64,000 nt of DNA from Salpingoeca rosetta (Eukaryota; Protista; Choanoflagellata), in contig JAWQFM010000001.1 in NCBI GenBank assembly GCA_033442325.1, forward strand, positions 1,246,745 through 1,310,744, written 5' to 3'. Under the pieces are notes generated by a model. It had not been told where the DNA came from. It worked only from the letters and a program-made list of their open reading frames with translations, and ran no database searches. Of this stretch, positions 44,214 through 57,927 are shown in pieces; the stretch's first letter is position 1, and every line of letters begins with the position of its first letter. The position numbers and the translations under genes were made by a program.

Positions 44214-45101
44214 AAGGGGGGGTGGACGGGTGTGCGCGCGTGCGTGTATGTATGCGTGCGTGTATGTATGCGTGTGTGTGTGTGTGCACGTGTGTGTGTG
44301 TGTGTCTGTGTGTGTCTGTGTGTGTCTGTGTGTGTGTGTGTGTGTGTGGGTGTGAGAGTGAGAGTGAGAGGGGTTGTGTATTTACGTGCTGTGAGTGGGT
44401 TGGATAGGAACAGGTGTGCTTATTTCGTCGTTGACATTGGTTCCTCTCCCTCCCATGTACCCTTGTCGCAGTCGCATGTGCTGCTGAAGAACGATGGCAA
44501 CGCGCTGCCCCTGAACAAGACCATCAAGAACGTCGGCATCTTCGGTGCCCAGGGCGCGTCCAGCGTCACTGTCCACGGAGGGTAGGTTGTGGTGTCGTGC
44601 AAGCGTGGCGGTTCAGAAGATTCCCGCACTTCTCTTGCTCCTGCTACTCGTGCTGTCATGTATGTGTGCGTCTGTATTTGTATGTGTGTGTGTGTATCAA
44701 CATTTGAATTGTCCCCTACAACCCGCATGATTGTGCGTACACCCATCTCCTCTCATTCACAAACGCACCCTTCCCCCCAACAAAACGCACACGTACACAC
44801 AACTCAACGCTGTCACAACCATGCCACCAGCGGGTCTGGGTCTGTTGTTCCGCCATATGTGGTGACGCCAATGGAAGGCATCCTCGCCAAGATGGGCCTG
44901 CCCCCGCCCCCACAGCCAAGCAAGCTCCCCTGCGATCAAGTCGACATCTTGGTTCGTGGTGTGTGTCTGTGTCTGTGTCTGTGTGCGTCTGTGTCTGTGC
45001 GTGTGTCTGTGTGTGTGTGTGTGTGTGTGTATTCGTGTCGGCCGGTTGTTGCCATATTCAACTGCCTTGCTCTTCGATACATGGTTTGTACCCACACCCA
45101 C

Positions 45102-45147
<46 letters not shown>

Positions 45148-47729
45148 TCACCTACACACGACACGCTGCCCACCTGCACACCCCCCCGGTATGCTTGCTC
45201 TCTGGCACGTCTCCTTCTGGTACGCATGTGCAGAAGAACATCGACTTCTTCCAGCCGGGCAACCCTTCTGCCTCTGCCAACGACGTCAACGAGTGCTGCT
45301 CGCTGTGCCAACAGCGCTCGGACTGCAACATCTTCACATATGTTGATGCCGACAAGACGTGCTGGTTTAAGGCGACGGCAGCCGGCAAGACATCGTCCAA
45401 CGGCCGCGACTCTGGTGTCCTTCGCAACCCGAACCCGAACCAGTACGTCTGCGAGAACAACCAGGTACGGCGCTCCCTCGATGACTCCTTGCTTGCTCAT
45501 TGCATGGGGCTCGAGTGTGCTCATCTGGCTGGCTTTGTATCCGTCCCTTTGTGTCCATCTCTGTCTGTTTGCCTGTTTGTTTGTTTGTCTGTTCGTCTGT
45601 TTGCCCTGTTGTCTGCGCATGCATGTGCTGCTTCACTTGGACCATCGCCTTCGCATTCCCGTCGTTCTTTGCTGCAAACACCCCTCCCCGTGTGCCCGGC
45701 AATGCATGCTGTCACACCTCGTGCTCACCCTGTCACTTGTTGCCAATCAGTGCGTGTACTTTGCAGACGGCACCAACCAGACGGAAGTTGTCGACATTGC
45801 GTCCAAGGTGAAGTGAACGTGCATTGCACGTCGAATGAACAAAACGTGGACGCGAAGCATGCTCAGCCGCTTGAGTCTTATTGAGCTCACGCGCCAGCAC
45901 ACAATACACACACACACATCATAGGTGGACGTTGCGCTTGTGTTTGTGTCCACGACGTCGTCAGAAGGCTCCGACCGGCCCAACCTCTCCCTCGGCAACG
46001 GCCAGGTGAGGAAACTGCACACACAACGCACACAACGCACACATGCACTCACACACACACACACTCACACACACACGCACGCACGCACACACGCGCAATA
46101 TGTGACTGCTACATTTACCCGCATTCTCCACTTTCCTTTCGGCCCTGCCTCCGCCCCATGTTCACCATCACCATCACCATCATCATCATCACGGCTGCAG
46201 GACGAGCTGATTGACATTGTTGCGGCGCGTGCGGCCAAGACGGTTGTTGTTGCCACTGTTCCTGGCGCCATCCTCACCCCCTGGCGCAACGATGTGGATG
46301 CCATCCTCGTCAACTTCATGCCGGGACAGGAGCTCGGAAACGCCGTCGCCGATGGTGCGCTGTTGTTGTTGTTGTTGTTGTTTAAGTTGTTGTTGCCGCT
46401 GCATTTGCGCTGACTCTTTTGCAAAGCTGACCCAACTGCTGTCCCTCGCAACGACACACGCACGCACGCATGCACACACACACACGCACGCATGCACACA
46501 CACACACACGCACGCATGCACACACGCAATGCACGTTTGAACAGTTCTGTTTGGTGACGAGAACCCGGCTGCTCGCCTTCCGCTCACGTTCCCGAACATC
46601 GACAACGAAGTTGGGTTTACGGAGCGCCAGTACCCAGGCCTCGACAACGCCGCCCAGGCCTACTATGACGAGAAGCTGCTGGTTGGCTACAGGTGCGGTT
46701 ACAATGGCTGCTGCTGCGCCCTCTGCCTGGCTTTGTTTGTTGCCATGAGGCCGTGCAGATGGGAAGTGGGTGATGCTCTTGGGGTGCTCGCATCGTCCCT
46801 AACCACCATACATGCGTGCTGCTGCTTGTGTGTCTTGTGTGTGTGTCTGTGTGTGTGTGTCTGTGTCTGTGTCTGTGTCTGTGTGTGTCTGTGTGTGTCT
46901 GTCTGTCTGTCTGTCCACATGTGTGCTTGTGCCTATCTCTTTGCAGGTGGTACGATGCCCGTGGTGTGACGCCTGCCTTCCCCTTTGGGCACGGCCTCTC
47001 CTACACCACCTTCAAGTACGCCAACCTGCGCTCCACTGGCAACGCCGTGTCTGTTGACATCTCCAACACCGGCAGCGTAAGTGCCCATTGCGCGTGTGTG
47101 AAGCTGGACGAGCTGATATCGTCTGGTTGAAACCTGATGGCCACCTGATTGCCATCCCTGCGTCTGTGCGGACACAGCCCTCATCTATACATAATGTACG
47201 TGTGTGTTTGTGTGCGGTTGCTGCAGCGTGATGGCGAGGAGGTTGTGCAGCTCTACCTTGGTTTCCCCTCTTCCGCAGGCGAACCACCCAAGCAACTCAA
47301 AGGTGTGTCTGTCTGTCTGTCTGCCTGCCTGCCTGCCTGCCTGTCTGTCTGTCTGTCTGTCTGTCTGTGTCTGTCTGTGTCTGTCTGTCTGTGTTTTGAA
47401 TGCATGATTGTGCGATTGTGCGATTGTACGATTGCAAACCACGTTTCCGTGCCGTATGCCTGCACCTTCCTTGTCTCCCACTTCCTCTTCGCTTCACTCT
47501 CTCCCTCACTCACCACCACACTCACGACCACCAACATCGATCAGGCTTCTCGCGAGTGCTCGTGTCGCAGGGCGGCGCGCGCACGGTGACGTTCAACCTG
47601 ACGGACCGCGACTTTTCCATCTGGGACACGTCCTCCCATGCCTGGAAGAAGGTGAAGGGCATCTTCAACGTCTATGTCGGTGCTTCCTCTCGCGACATTC
47701 GTCTCTCGGGAACCCTGACCGTCGCTTGA
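41583..47729 (+). CDS. Secreted glycoside hydrolase family 3 (beta-glucosidase-like): GH3_N + GH3_C + FnIII-like, with an inserted PAN/apple module; many exons
   Basis: Signal peptide [24 protein letters not shown]. Motifs [49 protein letters not shown], nucleophile motif [21 protein letters not shown], acid/base [49 protein letters not shown]. Confidence 0.95.
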
Positions 47730-47779
47730 TCTGCGTTTACCGGCTGTGTGCCTGCCTGTGTGTTTACAGGCGTCTTTGT

Positions 47780-47854
47780 TCTTGTTGTTGTTGTTGTTGT
47801 TGTTGTTGGTTGTTGTTGTTGTTGGTTGTTGTTGTTGGTTGTTGTTGTTGTTGG

Positions 47855-47889
<35 letters not shown>

Positions 47890-47890
47890 G
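47780..47890 (+). repeat. (GTT)n imperfect microsatellite downstream of the GH3 stop codon
   Basis: Direct reading of the sequence. Confidence 0.9.
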
Positions 47891-48128
47891 GAGGGGAGGG
47901 ATTGCCCCATTTTGTCTTTGTTGCTTTGTTGCTCCTCTCTCCCTGTTCCCGTCCCGTTCTTCTTGCTGTGCGCTGTGCCAACGCTGCACCTCTGCATCTC
48001 TCCCCCCCCCCCAATGTTTCACGTGTCACGTTTGTCCTCAATCTCCAATCCAGTGTAGCTTTCCCTCCGATTTTGTAGGTGTGTTGGGGGAGTGAGGGTG
48101 CGTGGGTGTGGGATGCCTTGTGCCAAAG

Positions 48129-48242
<114 letters not shown>

Positions 48243-49140
48243 TCGCCCCAACCCAACGAACAAAGAAGTGCTGCCGATTCCATGCCAGTTTATTTGAGCG
48301 TGAATTTTCGCTGAAATCTTCCCACAAAACCCGTGAATAAAACGGCAGGTGAGGAGAACCGCTGGTGCTGCTTGCTCTGCTGTCGCTGACTGACGGGTAT
48401 GCGTGAGGAAAGAAAAGGAGAGCAAGAAGACGGATGATGGTGTTGGCTGTTGTGAGTGCCTGGGATGGTGATGGGGGAACAGACACAGAGGGATGAATAG
48501 AGGCTAAAAGAGGGAGAGAGAAAGGCAGTGTTGTTGTTGTTGTTGCTAGTGCTATGGAGAACACCACATTGCTTGATTCTCCTTGTTGAAAGGATGCAAG
48601 TGCTTGTTGTTTGTTTGTTTTTTTTGTTCGGTGTGGTTGGCTCCACGATATGATGGATGGGTGTTTGTCGATGAGCACATGTCACATTGCATCACATGTC
48701 ACATCACTACCAGCGAATCTTTCCTCCCCTCCCTCTTTCCCTGCTCCTCTTCTCCGCCGCTTCCTCTCTCCTAGACACCATCACCCTGTCGCAAATCCAC
48801 CGCCTGAAGTAGCCTCCTGCACACCGCCCACTCACCCTGTTTCCCCTTTTTGTCTGTGATCGCTGCGTGCGTGGAAGTACAGGACCAAGGTGTGCCTCAA
48901 GACCACAACCAGGGAGCTTGATTGATCGATCACAAAGGACGTGTTGACATCAGCTCTTGTTCATACACACACGCGCGCGCGCTATTTCTTCACGGCCACT
49001 TTCTCGACAAACGCCCGCCCGCCGCCTGCATCAGCGCCATTGTTTGTGACCCGCTGCTGCGTTCTGGGAAAGTACCCATCCCCATCTTCTGAGAGGAGCC
49101 CTGCGTTGCACGTGTGTGGCTCAGTTCAAACACACCAACC

Positions 49141-49278
49141 ATGAGCATGGACACGAGGAACGATTCGGGCCTCAACGTGGAGCAGGCCAATGTTCTCATC
49201 AGACAAATGTGTGACGAGGAAGTCGAGGTGCGTACATGTGTGTGTGTGTCTGTGCTGCGTGTTCTTGGGTATCCTTGC

Positions 49279-49351
<73 letters not shown>

Positions 49352-50097
49352 ACGTCAGTATGGGAACGCCTGCATGATTTACCACGTCCCTGTCCGCTCG
49401 CCCCAACACACACTCACGTCTCTGCGACTTTGTTGGTTCATGCTGCTTGCTCCGTGTGATGGCTGCATCCTTCAGGCACGATTGAGCGCCCTGCGTTCGC
49501 TGCCGTTCATTGCTGCCGCTCTCGGTCCAGAGAAGACCCGCACAGACCTCCTCCCTTACCTTCAAGGTATGTGTGTGTGTGTGCGCATGGATGTACGTGC
49601 GTGTGTGTTGAGTGTATGTGTTGAGTGCACTCGCTCAGCTTGCTTGTGGTGTCGAACCCGCATGTTGCTAAACAGTGCACGTGTTTGTACCTCTATATGC
49701 CCCTCGGTGCATCTCTCTGTGGGGATTGTGCAAGTGCAATTGCATGACTGCACCGCTGCGAGATTTTCGTCTGCATGAGTGCGTGCTCACGCCTCCCTCA
49801 TCCTGTTTGCCATGTGACAGCGACCATTGATGATGAGGATGAAGCCATGTCTTTGATGGCGGAACAGCTGCCGACGCTGCTGCCACACCTCGGCGGCAAC
49901 GACTTTTCAGAGCAGCTCCTCCCCATCCTGGAGGAGCTCGCGTCGAACGAGGAAGCTGTCATCCGCTCAAAGGTGCGCCGTGCTTGCCTTGCCTTACATT
50001 GCTGTTTGTGGACCGTGTGCGGTGGCCCGTGCTGTGAACGTCAATGCACTTGCCTTCCGGCTCTCCGCCTCGTTGTTGTTGTTGTTGTTGTTGTTGT

Positions 50098-50131
<34 letters not shown>

Positions 50132-50767
50132 GTCGTGTACAAGCACGCCGGTGCTCTGCTTATGCTTCAATGGTGCTCATCAACCTCATGCGTCCCTCCT
50201 CCGCCACCTGCCCGTTTGCACCTGTGATGCAGGCGACAAAGAGCTTAATCCAAGTTGCCGAGCAGCTGTCTGCCGAGGCCCTTGAGCGCGCATATGTGCC
50301 CATGGTGGGCCGCCTCGTCTCAGGTCCGTTCATCTCCGCCACCACACAGCCAACTCCTTCCTCGCTGCCTGGCTTTCCTGCTTGTGCATGTGTGCATTCC
50401 CGTGATGCGTTAGTTTTAAGTTGCCACGACCCGCCTTTTCGACTCTTCCATGTCTGCCTTAACTCACATCTTCTTGGTTTGGTTTGTTTTTTCCTTGTGC
50501 TTTGTCCGCTTGTTGCTGTTTATGTGCTTCTCTGCGCTCCGTGTCACCTTTGCAGCGCACTGGTACACGCTGCGAGCGAGCTCGTGCGCGCTGCTTCCGT
50601 CCCTGTGCACGCTGCTGCAGACAGATGCGTTTCGCGACTCCATCATCGAGTCTCTCACCATCCTTTGCCGTGATGACACGGCCATGGTCAGGCGAGCAGC
50701 TGCCGAAGCCCTCAAGGTGCGCGTGCCACGCAACGGCACTTGCTTTGCTCCTGTGCGCACGTTTGTG

Positions 50768-50799
<32 letters not shown>

Positions 50800-53281
50800 G
50801 GTGTGTTGGGGTTTGGGCTGCTCAGCACACGTCATCTGGCGTCATTGCGTGGGTTGCCATGTTGGAGTTGACGCCGCTCGCCTCGCTGTTTGATGGCGAA
50901 ACTCTGGTTTGGTTGTGTGCTTGCCAACGCAGGACATGTTCCAAGTGGTGGATGCCAACACAGCCGTGACCACTCTCAAGCCCCTTTACCTCCAGCTTGC
51001 ACAAGATGATCAGGTGTGTACATGGCGCTGTCTTCTCGCGCGTACATTCGTTTGCGCATGTGTGTCTCTCCCCCCCCCCCCGTTTTTTCTTTGTTTGACA
51101 ACGATGAGTGTCCTCGCTGACTTGCCTGGCTTGTTCTGATGCCCACCACATCTTCTTTTTTTTTTTTTAATCTTACACATGCACTCACACACGCACGCAC
51201 ACGCACGCGCACACACACACTTTCTCTCTCTCTGTCTCGCATGCGCACACACACACACCCGTACACCGCATATTACATCCCCCGCCAGGATTCGGTGCGT
51301 CTGCTCTCTGTTGCTGTGCTGCCTGCGATTGCCAAGCTGACGAGCAGTGAGGCGGAGTGCCGCGAGCTCGTGGTGCCGGAGCTGCAGCGGTTTGTGCGGG
51401 ACGTTGCCTGGCGCGTGCGCTACATGCTCGCCGACACCATCACGGACGTCGAGGCCAACATGCCGGTCCGCATGCGCACGGACGAGCTCATTCCCGTCTT
51501 TACGCAGCTGCTGCGCGACTCGGAGGCGGAGGTTCGGCGCTGCGCCGCTGGAAAGGTATGCGCAGCGCGCCACAACACGCTGTGCCCTGTGCGAGCACTG
51601 CTGTGGTGTACACATAGTAACTCTGTGTGTGTGTGTATGTGTGTGTTCTTTACGTCTACGCGTGCTCATGGTTGCGTGCACCCTCTTTCGATTGTCAGGT
51701 GTACGATTTCTGCCTTGCGCTCGACCCGGAGACGCGTGTGCGCACGATTGTGGATGCGATTGTGCCATGCATCGAGAGCATATCGCAGGACCCAAACGAG
51801 CACGCCCGCGCCTCGCTGGCAAACGTCGTCATGGGCCTCTCCAGTGTGGTCGGCGCCGAGGAGTAGGTTGCTGCCGTGCTCTCGTTGCCGTGCTCTCCTG
51901 TGTATCATACCGTGGTCTTGAGCATTGCTTTCCTTGCCATGTGATGCTGCTGCTCACCTTTCTGCTGCTGCTGCTGCTACCACTGCTGTTTCTCGCCTTT
52001 GCACGGCCTTGTTCTCGTTCATTTTCGTGTTTGGCAGGACCGTGCGCTGCTTGCTGCCGACATTCCTTCGCCTGTTGAGGGACGACGTGAGTGAGCATGC
52101 CCTTTGTTCTTGTGGTCCTGATCAGCTGCTGTTTGTTTGTTTGTTTGTTTGTTTGTGTGTGTGTGTGTGTGTGTGTGGTGTTTTGTTTTTGTTTTTTGCG
52201 TGTGTGTGTGTGCGTGTGTGTTTGAAGCTGTGTGAATGCTGCCGGCATCTGCGTGCCACCTCACGCCTTTCGCTCATGTGCCATCTACCGTCAACCAGGA
52301 CTCGCAAGTGCGCCTGAACGTGATTTCGCGGCTGAGCGAGGTGAATGCTGTGATTGGGCTGGGTCACCTCTCAAAACCGCTGCTGCCTGCCATTGAGAAG
52401 TTGGCCAAGGACGCAAAGTGGCGCGTCCGCCTCGCAATCATCGAGTACCTGCCAACCATCGCAGAGCAGCTGGTGCGTGTGAGCATGTGTATGTGTGTTC
52501 GTGTGTCAGTGCGTGAGTGTGCGTGCGCACTTGTGTGTTGGTGTCTTGCCGCTGCGTTGTCGCTTGTGCTCTGCTCACAATTCTTCGTTGCTGCGTGCGT
52601 TTGTGGTTGCTGTTAATCTAGGGTGTGGAGTTTTTCAACTCAGACCTGAGGCCGTTTTGCACGGAGTGGCTGCGTGACAGCGTGTACGCCGTCAGATCCG
52701 CAGCAGTCGCAAACTTCCAGAAGCTCACGAAGATCTTTGGCGAGCCTTGGGCAATTGTGAGTTGCACAGGGATGGCTGTTTCAGCGTGAATTCCGTGTGG
52801 CTTGCGTGCTGTGGGTGTGCACGTGTGTGTGTACGTGTTTGCGTTTTGTGTGTGTGTGTGTGTGCGTGCGTGTGTGTGTGCGTGCGTGTGTGTGTGTGTG
52901 TGTGCGCACTCGCTTAACTTGTGTGGCGCTGCTTCCTGATTTTTGCTTCGCGTGCGTCTGCCTGTAGTCTGTTGTGCTTCCCGCCTTGGAGGAGCTTTCC
53001 GAATCATCCAACCACGTCCACAGGCTCACTTGCCTCTTTGCCCTCAAGGTGTGTGTGTGTTGTATTGTGTTGTGTTGTGTTGTGTTGTACAAAGTGCGCG
53101 CACACACACACAACACAACACATGCCCCGTTGAATGCTGCCGAGTGAAGCCTTTGAACTGTGTTTCGCTGTCTACGACTGGTTGGTCAGAGCTGCTCTCA
53201 CGACAGGTCATGAGCCCTCCCTTGCGCTCCTCCACCTTCTCATCTGGTTCCGTCATGGACATGTGTGTGTGTGTGTGTGTG

Positions 53282-53315
<34 letters not shown>

Positions 53316-53806
53316 CCAGGCCCTGACACGGGACCTGACACCAGACATTGTTGCCGGCAAGCTTGTGCCGATGACCCTGTCGCTCTCAAAGGACAAGATC
53401 CCCAACATCCGCATCAACGTGGCCAAGACGCTGAGGGTGATTCTGCAGCGACTCAAGCACACGCCGCACCTGCGGCCGGAGGTGAAGACCACCCTGGACA
53501 CGCTGGCACAGGACCCGGATGTGGACGTTTCGGAGTATGCAAAGGAGGCGCTCTCCTGTAAGTTCCCTCGTGGTTTGCCTTGCATTCCTTGTCTTGCATC
53601 GCATCTGCGTGGTGTCTGTTTGTGCTGTATTGTGCTGTGCGTGCGTTTTTCGTGTGGTGTGTAGTGCTACTATCTGAGCCACCTTCTGTGCCGCCTGTTG
53701 TACGTGTGTGCTTTTCTCTGTGCTGTGTGCTTGGCTTGGCTGCATCCTCACGCGAGGCTTTGTTCTGCTTGCACGGCCCGTTGCAGCCATGGATTCCTTC
53801 GTCTGA
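49141..53806 (+). CDS. PPP2R1: Protein phosphatase 2A scaffold (A/PR65) subunit, HEAT repeats; about 14 exons
   Basis: Motifs IAAALGPEKTRTDLLPYL, IDDEDEAM, LCRDDTAMVRRAAA, LAQDDQ|DSVRLL, DVAWRVRYMLAD, LLRDSEAEVR, DSQVRLNVIS, DAKWRVRLAIIEY, WLRDSVYAVRSAA, IPNIRINVAKTL, DPDVDV. The last micro-exon (53787-53806) is tentative. Confidence 0.93.
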
Positions 53807-54265
53807 GGAATGCTTTGTGGTGTGGTGTGGGGTGCGGGCGTATTCTCCTCCCTCTTTCCCCGCTTGTCTGGTGGCGTGTGGTAGGTTAATTGGTTGCTTG
53901 TCCGAGTATGGTGAGCGTGAGTTCGACAGCGGCGTGGGCGATGCATTTGGGCATTGTGTGCAGCTCGTGATGGGATGGTGAGCGCCATGCTCCGTGTCAC
54001 GTGTTCGCCGTCCTGGCGGTGCAGCAACAGTGTCCAGTGCGTTTGCTGAAACTGTTGTCTCCTGGTGTTCCTGTTCATTTTCCGTGCTTTGTGGTTGCGT
54101 CGTGCGTTCACACCCCTTCTGTTGCTTCGACATCCTTCCGAACTTGCTTCTTCGAGTCGTCGCTGCTTGTGTAGTTGCCACTTTACTTTCTTTTTCCTCC
54201 TTTCTGTCTTTGGTTGTTGTTCTTCTTGTTATTGTTCCTTGGTGTGCGTTCGTCACTCGTCGTGT

Positions 54266-54298
<33 letters not shown>

Positions 54299-55083
54299 TA
54301 ACGGATGTGTTTTCGCTTTGCCTGCTTACTCGTTGCGTGTCCTCTACATGTGTCTCGTGATTGGCTCTTGTCCAGTTACAAAACCACATAGCGAAGGGTG
54401 TGCGTTGGTCTCACAACCCCGTCACATGCATGAAACAGAAATATCACAAATAATGCGCATGCGCACGCGCGCATGTTGGGGTGCCACGCCTACGCAATAG
54501 GGTGTTGGTGTTGGTGTGATGTGATGTGAACCAGTATGGGTGGGGAAGGCTGGATGAAACGAGGTTGTGCGAGGGGAATAACAACAACGGAGTGGTTCCA
54601 CCAACCAAAGAAAAAGGAAAAAAAAAAAACATTAAGCAGCCCGATGTGAGATACAACCTGTCAAGGTGCGTACCAACAACACTAACAACAACTAAACCCC
54701 CCCCCCCCCCGCACACACACACACAACGACGCCTCGTTATTTCACAGCTGGATTGCACTTTTCAAGCATCTCACACACAGCTTCAATGACGGTGGCGGTC
54801 AGGTGGTTTTACTACTCCCCGATGCAAATGGCAAATCATTGCAGACAATACGATATGACCTACACGCCTTTCTCAAAGCACTGCATCTGCAGATGCCTCG
54901 AGGAAAGTTGTACATCTGCATGTTACTGGTGTTATTATGACTCTTTCCTCCGTGGCCTGGTTCCCATCAACCATCCTTGTCGTCAATGTGCATGCATGCG
55001 TGCATTTCCAATACAAAACAAAGCAAGCTGGCGCTACTGCACGGCACTGGCAGTCGTGCCCATATCACAACAGCATGGTTGCC

Positions 55084-55582
55084 TCACGACCTGTCCACTG
55101 CAGATCGGGCCAGCACTGTCATCAGCTGCGATAAAATGTTATGCGACCGAACAGAGGCTGGACACACCTCCCGTTCAATGCCAGACAGAAGCTGGTTTGC
55201 CTCTCCAACGGCACTCTTCAGACTGCAGTGGAGGGGAACCAAAAAAAAAAATGTGGCAGAGGAACAGCGGTGAGCGGCGAAGCATCAGCGTATGAGTGCG
55301 AGAGCAGACAAAATGGGAGTCAGCCCACAGCAAGTGTTGCGACAGCACACGGTGTGACGTCTGCACGTACTCGGAAGCGTATGCAATGAACGCCAGGTGA
55401 TCGTGTGCCTTTGGGTCCAACGGAAGCAGCGTCGCACCCGTGCTCTGTGTGAGACGCTGAAGGCCCTGCACCCTGCAGACACAACCCAGCAAGCAGACAA
55501 CTGCGTTGAGGGCTGCAGAAAAGAAACAAACAGCATATCCACACAACGAACAACACCCTGGAAGTGCACACACACATGCACG

Positions 55583-55613
<31 letters not shown>

Positions 55614-57889
55614 TGCACACCTGAGGAGCTGATACAGCACGGCAACGTTCACGGGCGCAGCGTAGACAAGGTGAACAGTGTTGGCAGCAATCACAACTTT
55701 GCCGGGAATGAGGGCAAGCCGACGCGAGCCAGGGGGCGGCAGGAGAGCAGGACGCGATGATTCTGCCGTCAGCGACGACAAGGAAGCGGAAGAGGATGAC
55801 GATGAAAGCAGAGGCCCCCGGCTGCCTTCGGCGCCACGGGGAGGCGTGGTATTCTGTGGCGGTGCGTCGCCATGTGGCTCGCTCTCAAGCCCACCAGCGC
55901 CAGCGCCACGCTGCGGGCTGGGCGTGCTTGCAGGCATGGCATGGAGCCAGCGAGCACACACATAGGGATCCGAGGCACAGTCAAGCACATGGCAGACGGT
56001 CACGCGAGGCCCGTCCACAACGAAGCGGATGGACGCATGGCCAACGACGTGTTTCTTGGCCATGTTAGATGCGAGGCGCTCTGTGATTCGCTCCACACTC
56101 GAAACAACAGACTGCGGCAGGTCCGCTGGCGGAGACACAAACACTTTGGCGACATCACCCGTGGCTGCATCCTCCACGCTCTTTTCATGCCACGCACCAA
56201 GCAGCGACCACGAACCACAAGGGTCAATGACCACGTCAGCAACGACAAACGTCGTCTCATCCTCGGCTGCACCTCCTGCCAACGCAGCTGCTGTTCCCGT
56301 ATCGCCCTGAGTGCCCTCCTCTTCCCCTTTCTCCTTCCCCTCTTCACTCTGCTCACTTTGCTGCTGCTGGGAGGCGGGCATGCGTGCAGGCACGGCATGC
56401 GGGCCGGCTGGAGCCAGATGGAACGGGTCACCAACCAATATCACACCACCGCTCTCCACAAAGAAGGCGAGAAACTCTGGCCACCCCTCAGGAACACTTG
56501 CGCGCGCCTTCCACTGCTTGGGCGTCCGCGTGTACAGCTCTGGCAGACGCGTGCGAAGCTCCTTTCCAACGCGGATGATGGAGCTTTGCTGCAGTGTGGG
56601 TGTGTGTGGGTGTGGTGTGAGTGGGCGTGGGTGTACATGTGCATATTGGTGTGCGTGGGTGTGACATGATATGTAAGTGTTGGGGCAACGCGTGTGAGAA
56701 GAGGTGTTCGTGTGCCTGAGCAAGGCTCGCCTGCCATTGGGCGCCTGAGCAAGGCAGCAGTTGCATCGGCGGGAGAGTGCATGGAGGCGATACACCTGCA
56801 CACACGAACGAACAAGTGCGCCAAGTTCTACTGACCTGGACTTTTGATCCTTTCTTCCAGAGACGTTGATAGTGCTCACGCTGTGTGCGCACGTATGACA
56901 TGGCTGCGATGCTGTTGCGTGTCTCGATCACAACGGCGCCAAAGCGCTCAAAGGAGTCGTCCACCATAAACGTCCATCGCACATACCCCTCATTCTCAAC
57001 AATGAGGCGAGCAAAAAGCTTGCACACGACCGCAAGGGAAGATCCGGGCTGAACCATCACATGACCGGGGCATGGCACCTGCAGGCACAACAAGCGGGTG
57101 AAGATACACAGGCACACGCAGTTAGTGATGCGTACAGAAGGGCGGACGGCGCGTGAAGAAGCAACAAACTCGCAAGGGAGGATTTACACATGCAAAGCGA
57201 AAACAGACAGTAACAAGTAAGGTTCCAGCAAAGGTCACACGCACATACGCACACAGACATATGTGCACATACGCACACAGACATATGTGCACATACGCAC
57301 ACAGACATATGTGCACATACGCACACAGACATATGTGCACATACGCACACAGACATATGTGCACATACGCACACAGACATATGTGCACATACGCACACAG
57401 ACATATGTGCACATACGCACACAGACATATGTGCACATACGCACACAGACATATGTGCACATACGCACACAGACATATGTGCACATACGCACACAGACAT
57501 ATGTGCACATACGCACACAGACATATGTGCACATACGCACACACGAACAAAGGACAATTTGTTGCACCTTGATGGAAGCGAGATAGTGGAAGAGTTTAAT
57601 CTTCGAGCGGAGGAACGAAGTGACGGTTGGATCCGAGGCAACCACGGTGGCGCCCAGCTGCTGGGTAATGACCAAATCAGCGCCGTCAAGCAGCGCTGGG
57701 ATTGCGACGCAGGCCTCCACGCCGCGCGCATGTGGCTTCTCAGCCAGCTCCAGCAATGTGCACGGGCTGAGGGTGGGTGGCGGGTGGCGGTGTGGGTCGT
57801 CGTAGTTGGAGTGAGGTAGAACAAGGGGTGACGGAAGGTCGGAGGCGAGCTGGGGCATGAAGCGGCAGAGGATGCATGGACTTCAACAT

Positions 57890-57927
<38 letters not shown>

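Noticed and set aside
49269-49277. U12-type donor GTATCCTT in PP2A-A intron 1
   Set aside because: Using it would shift the frame relative to the acceptor at 49475. The ordinary donor at 49228 gives the correct protein.
57241-57543. CRISPR-like array
   Set aside because: The units are directly adjacent with no unique spacers, there are no cas genes, and the context is a eukaryotic intron.
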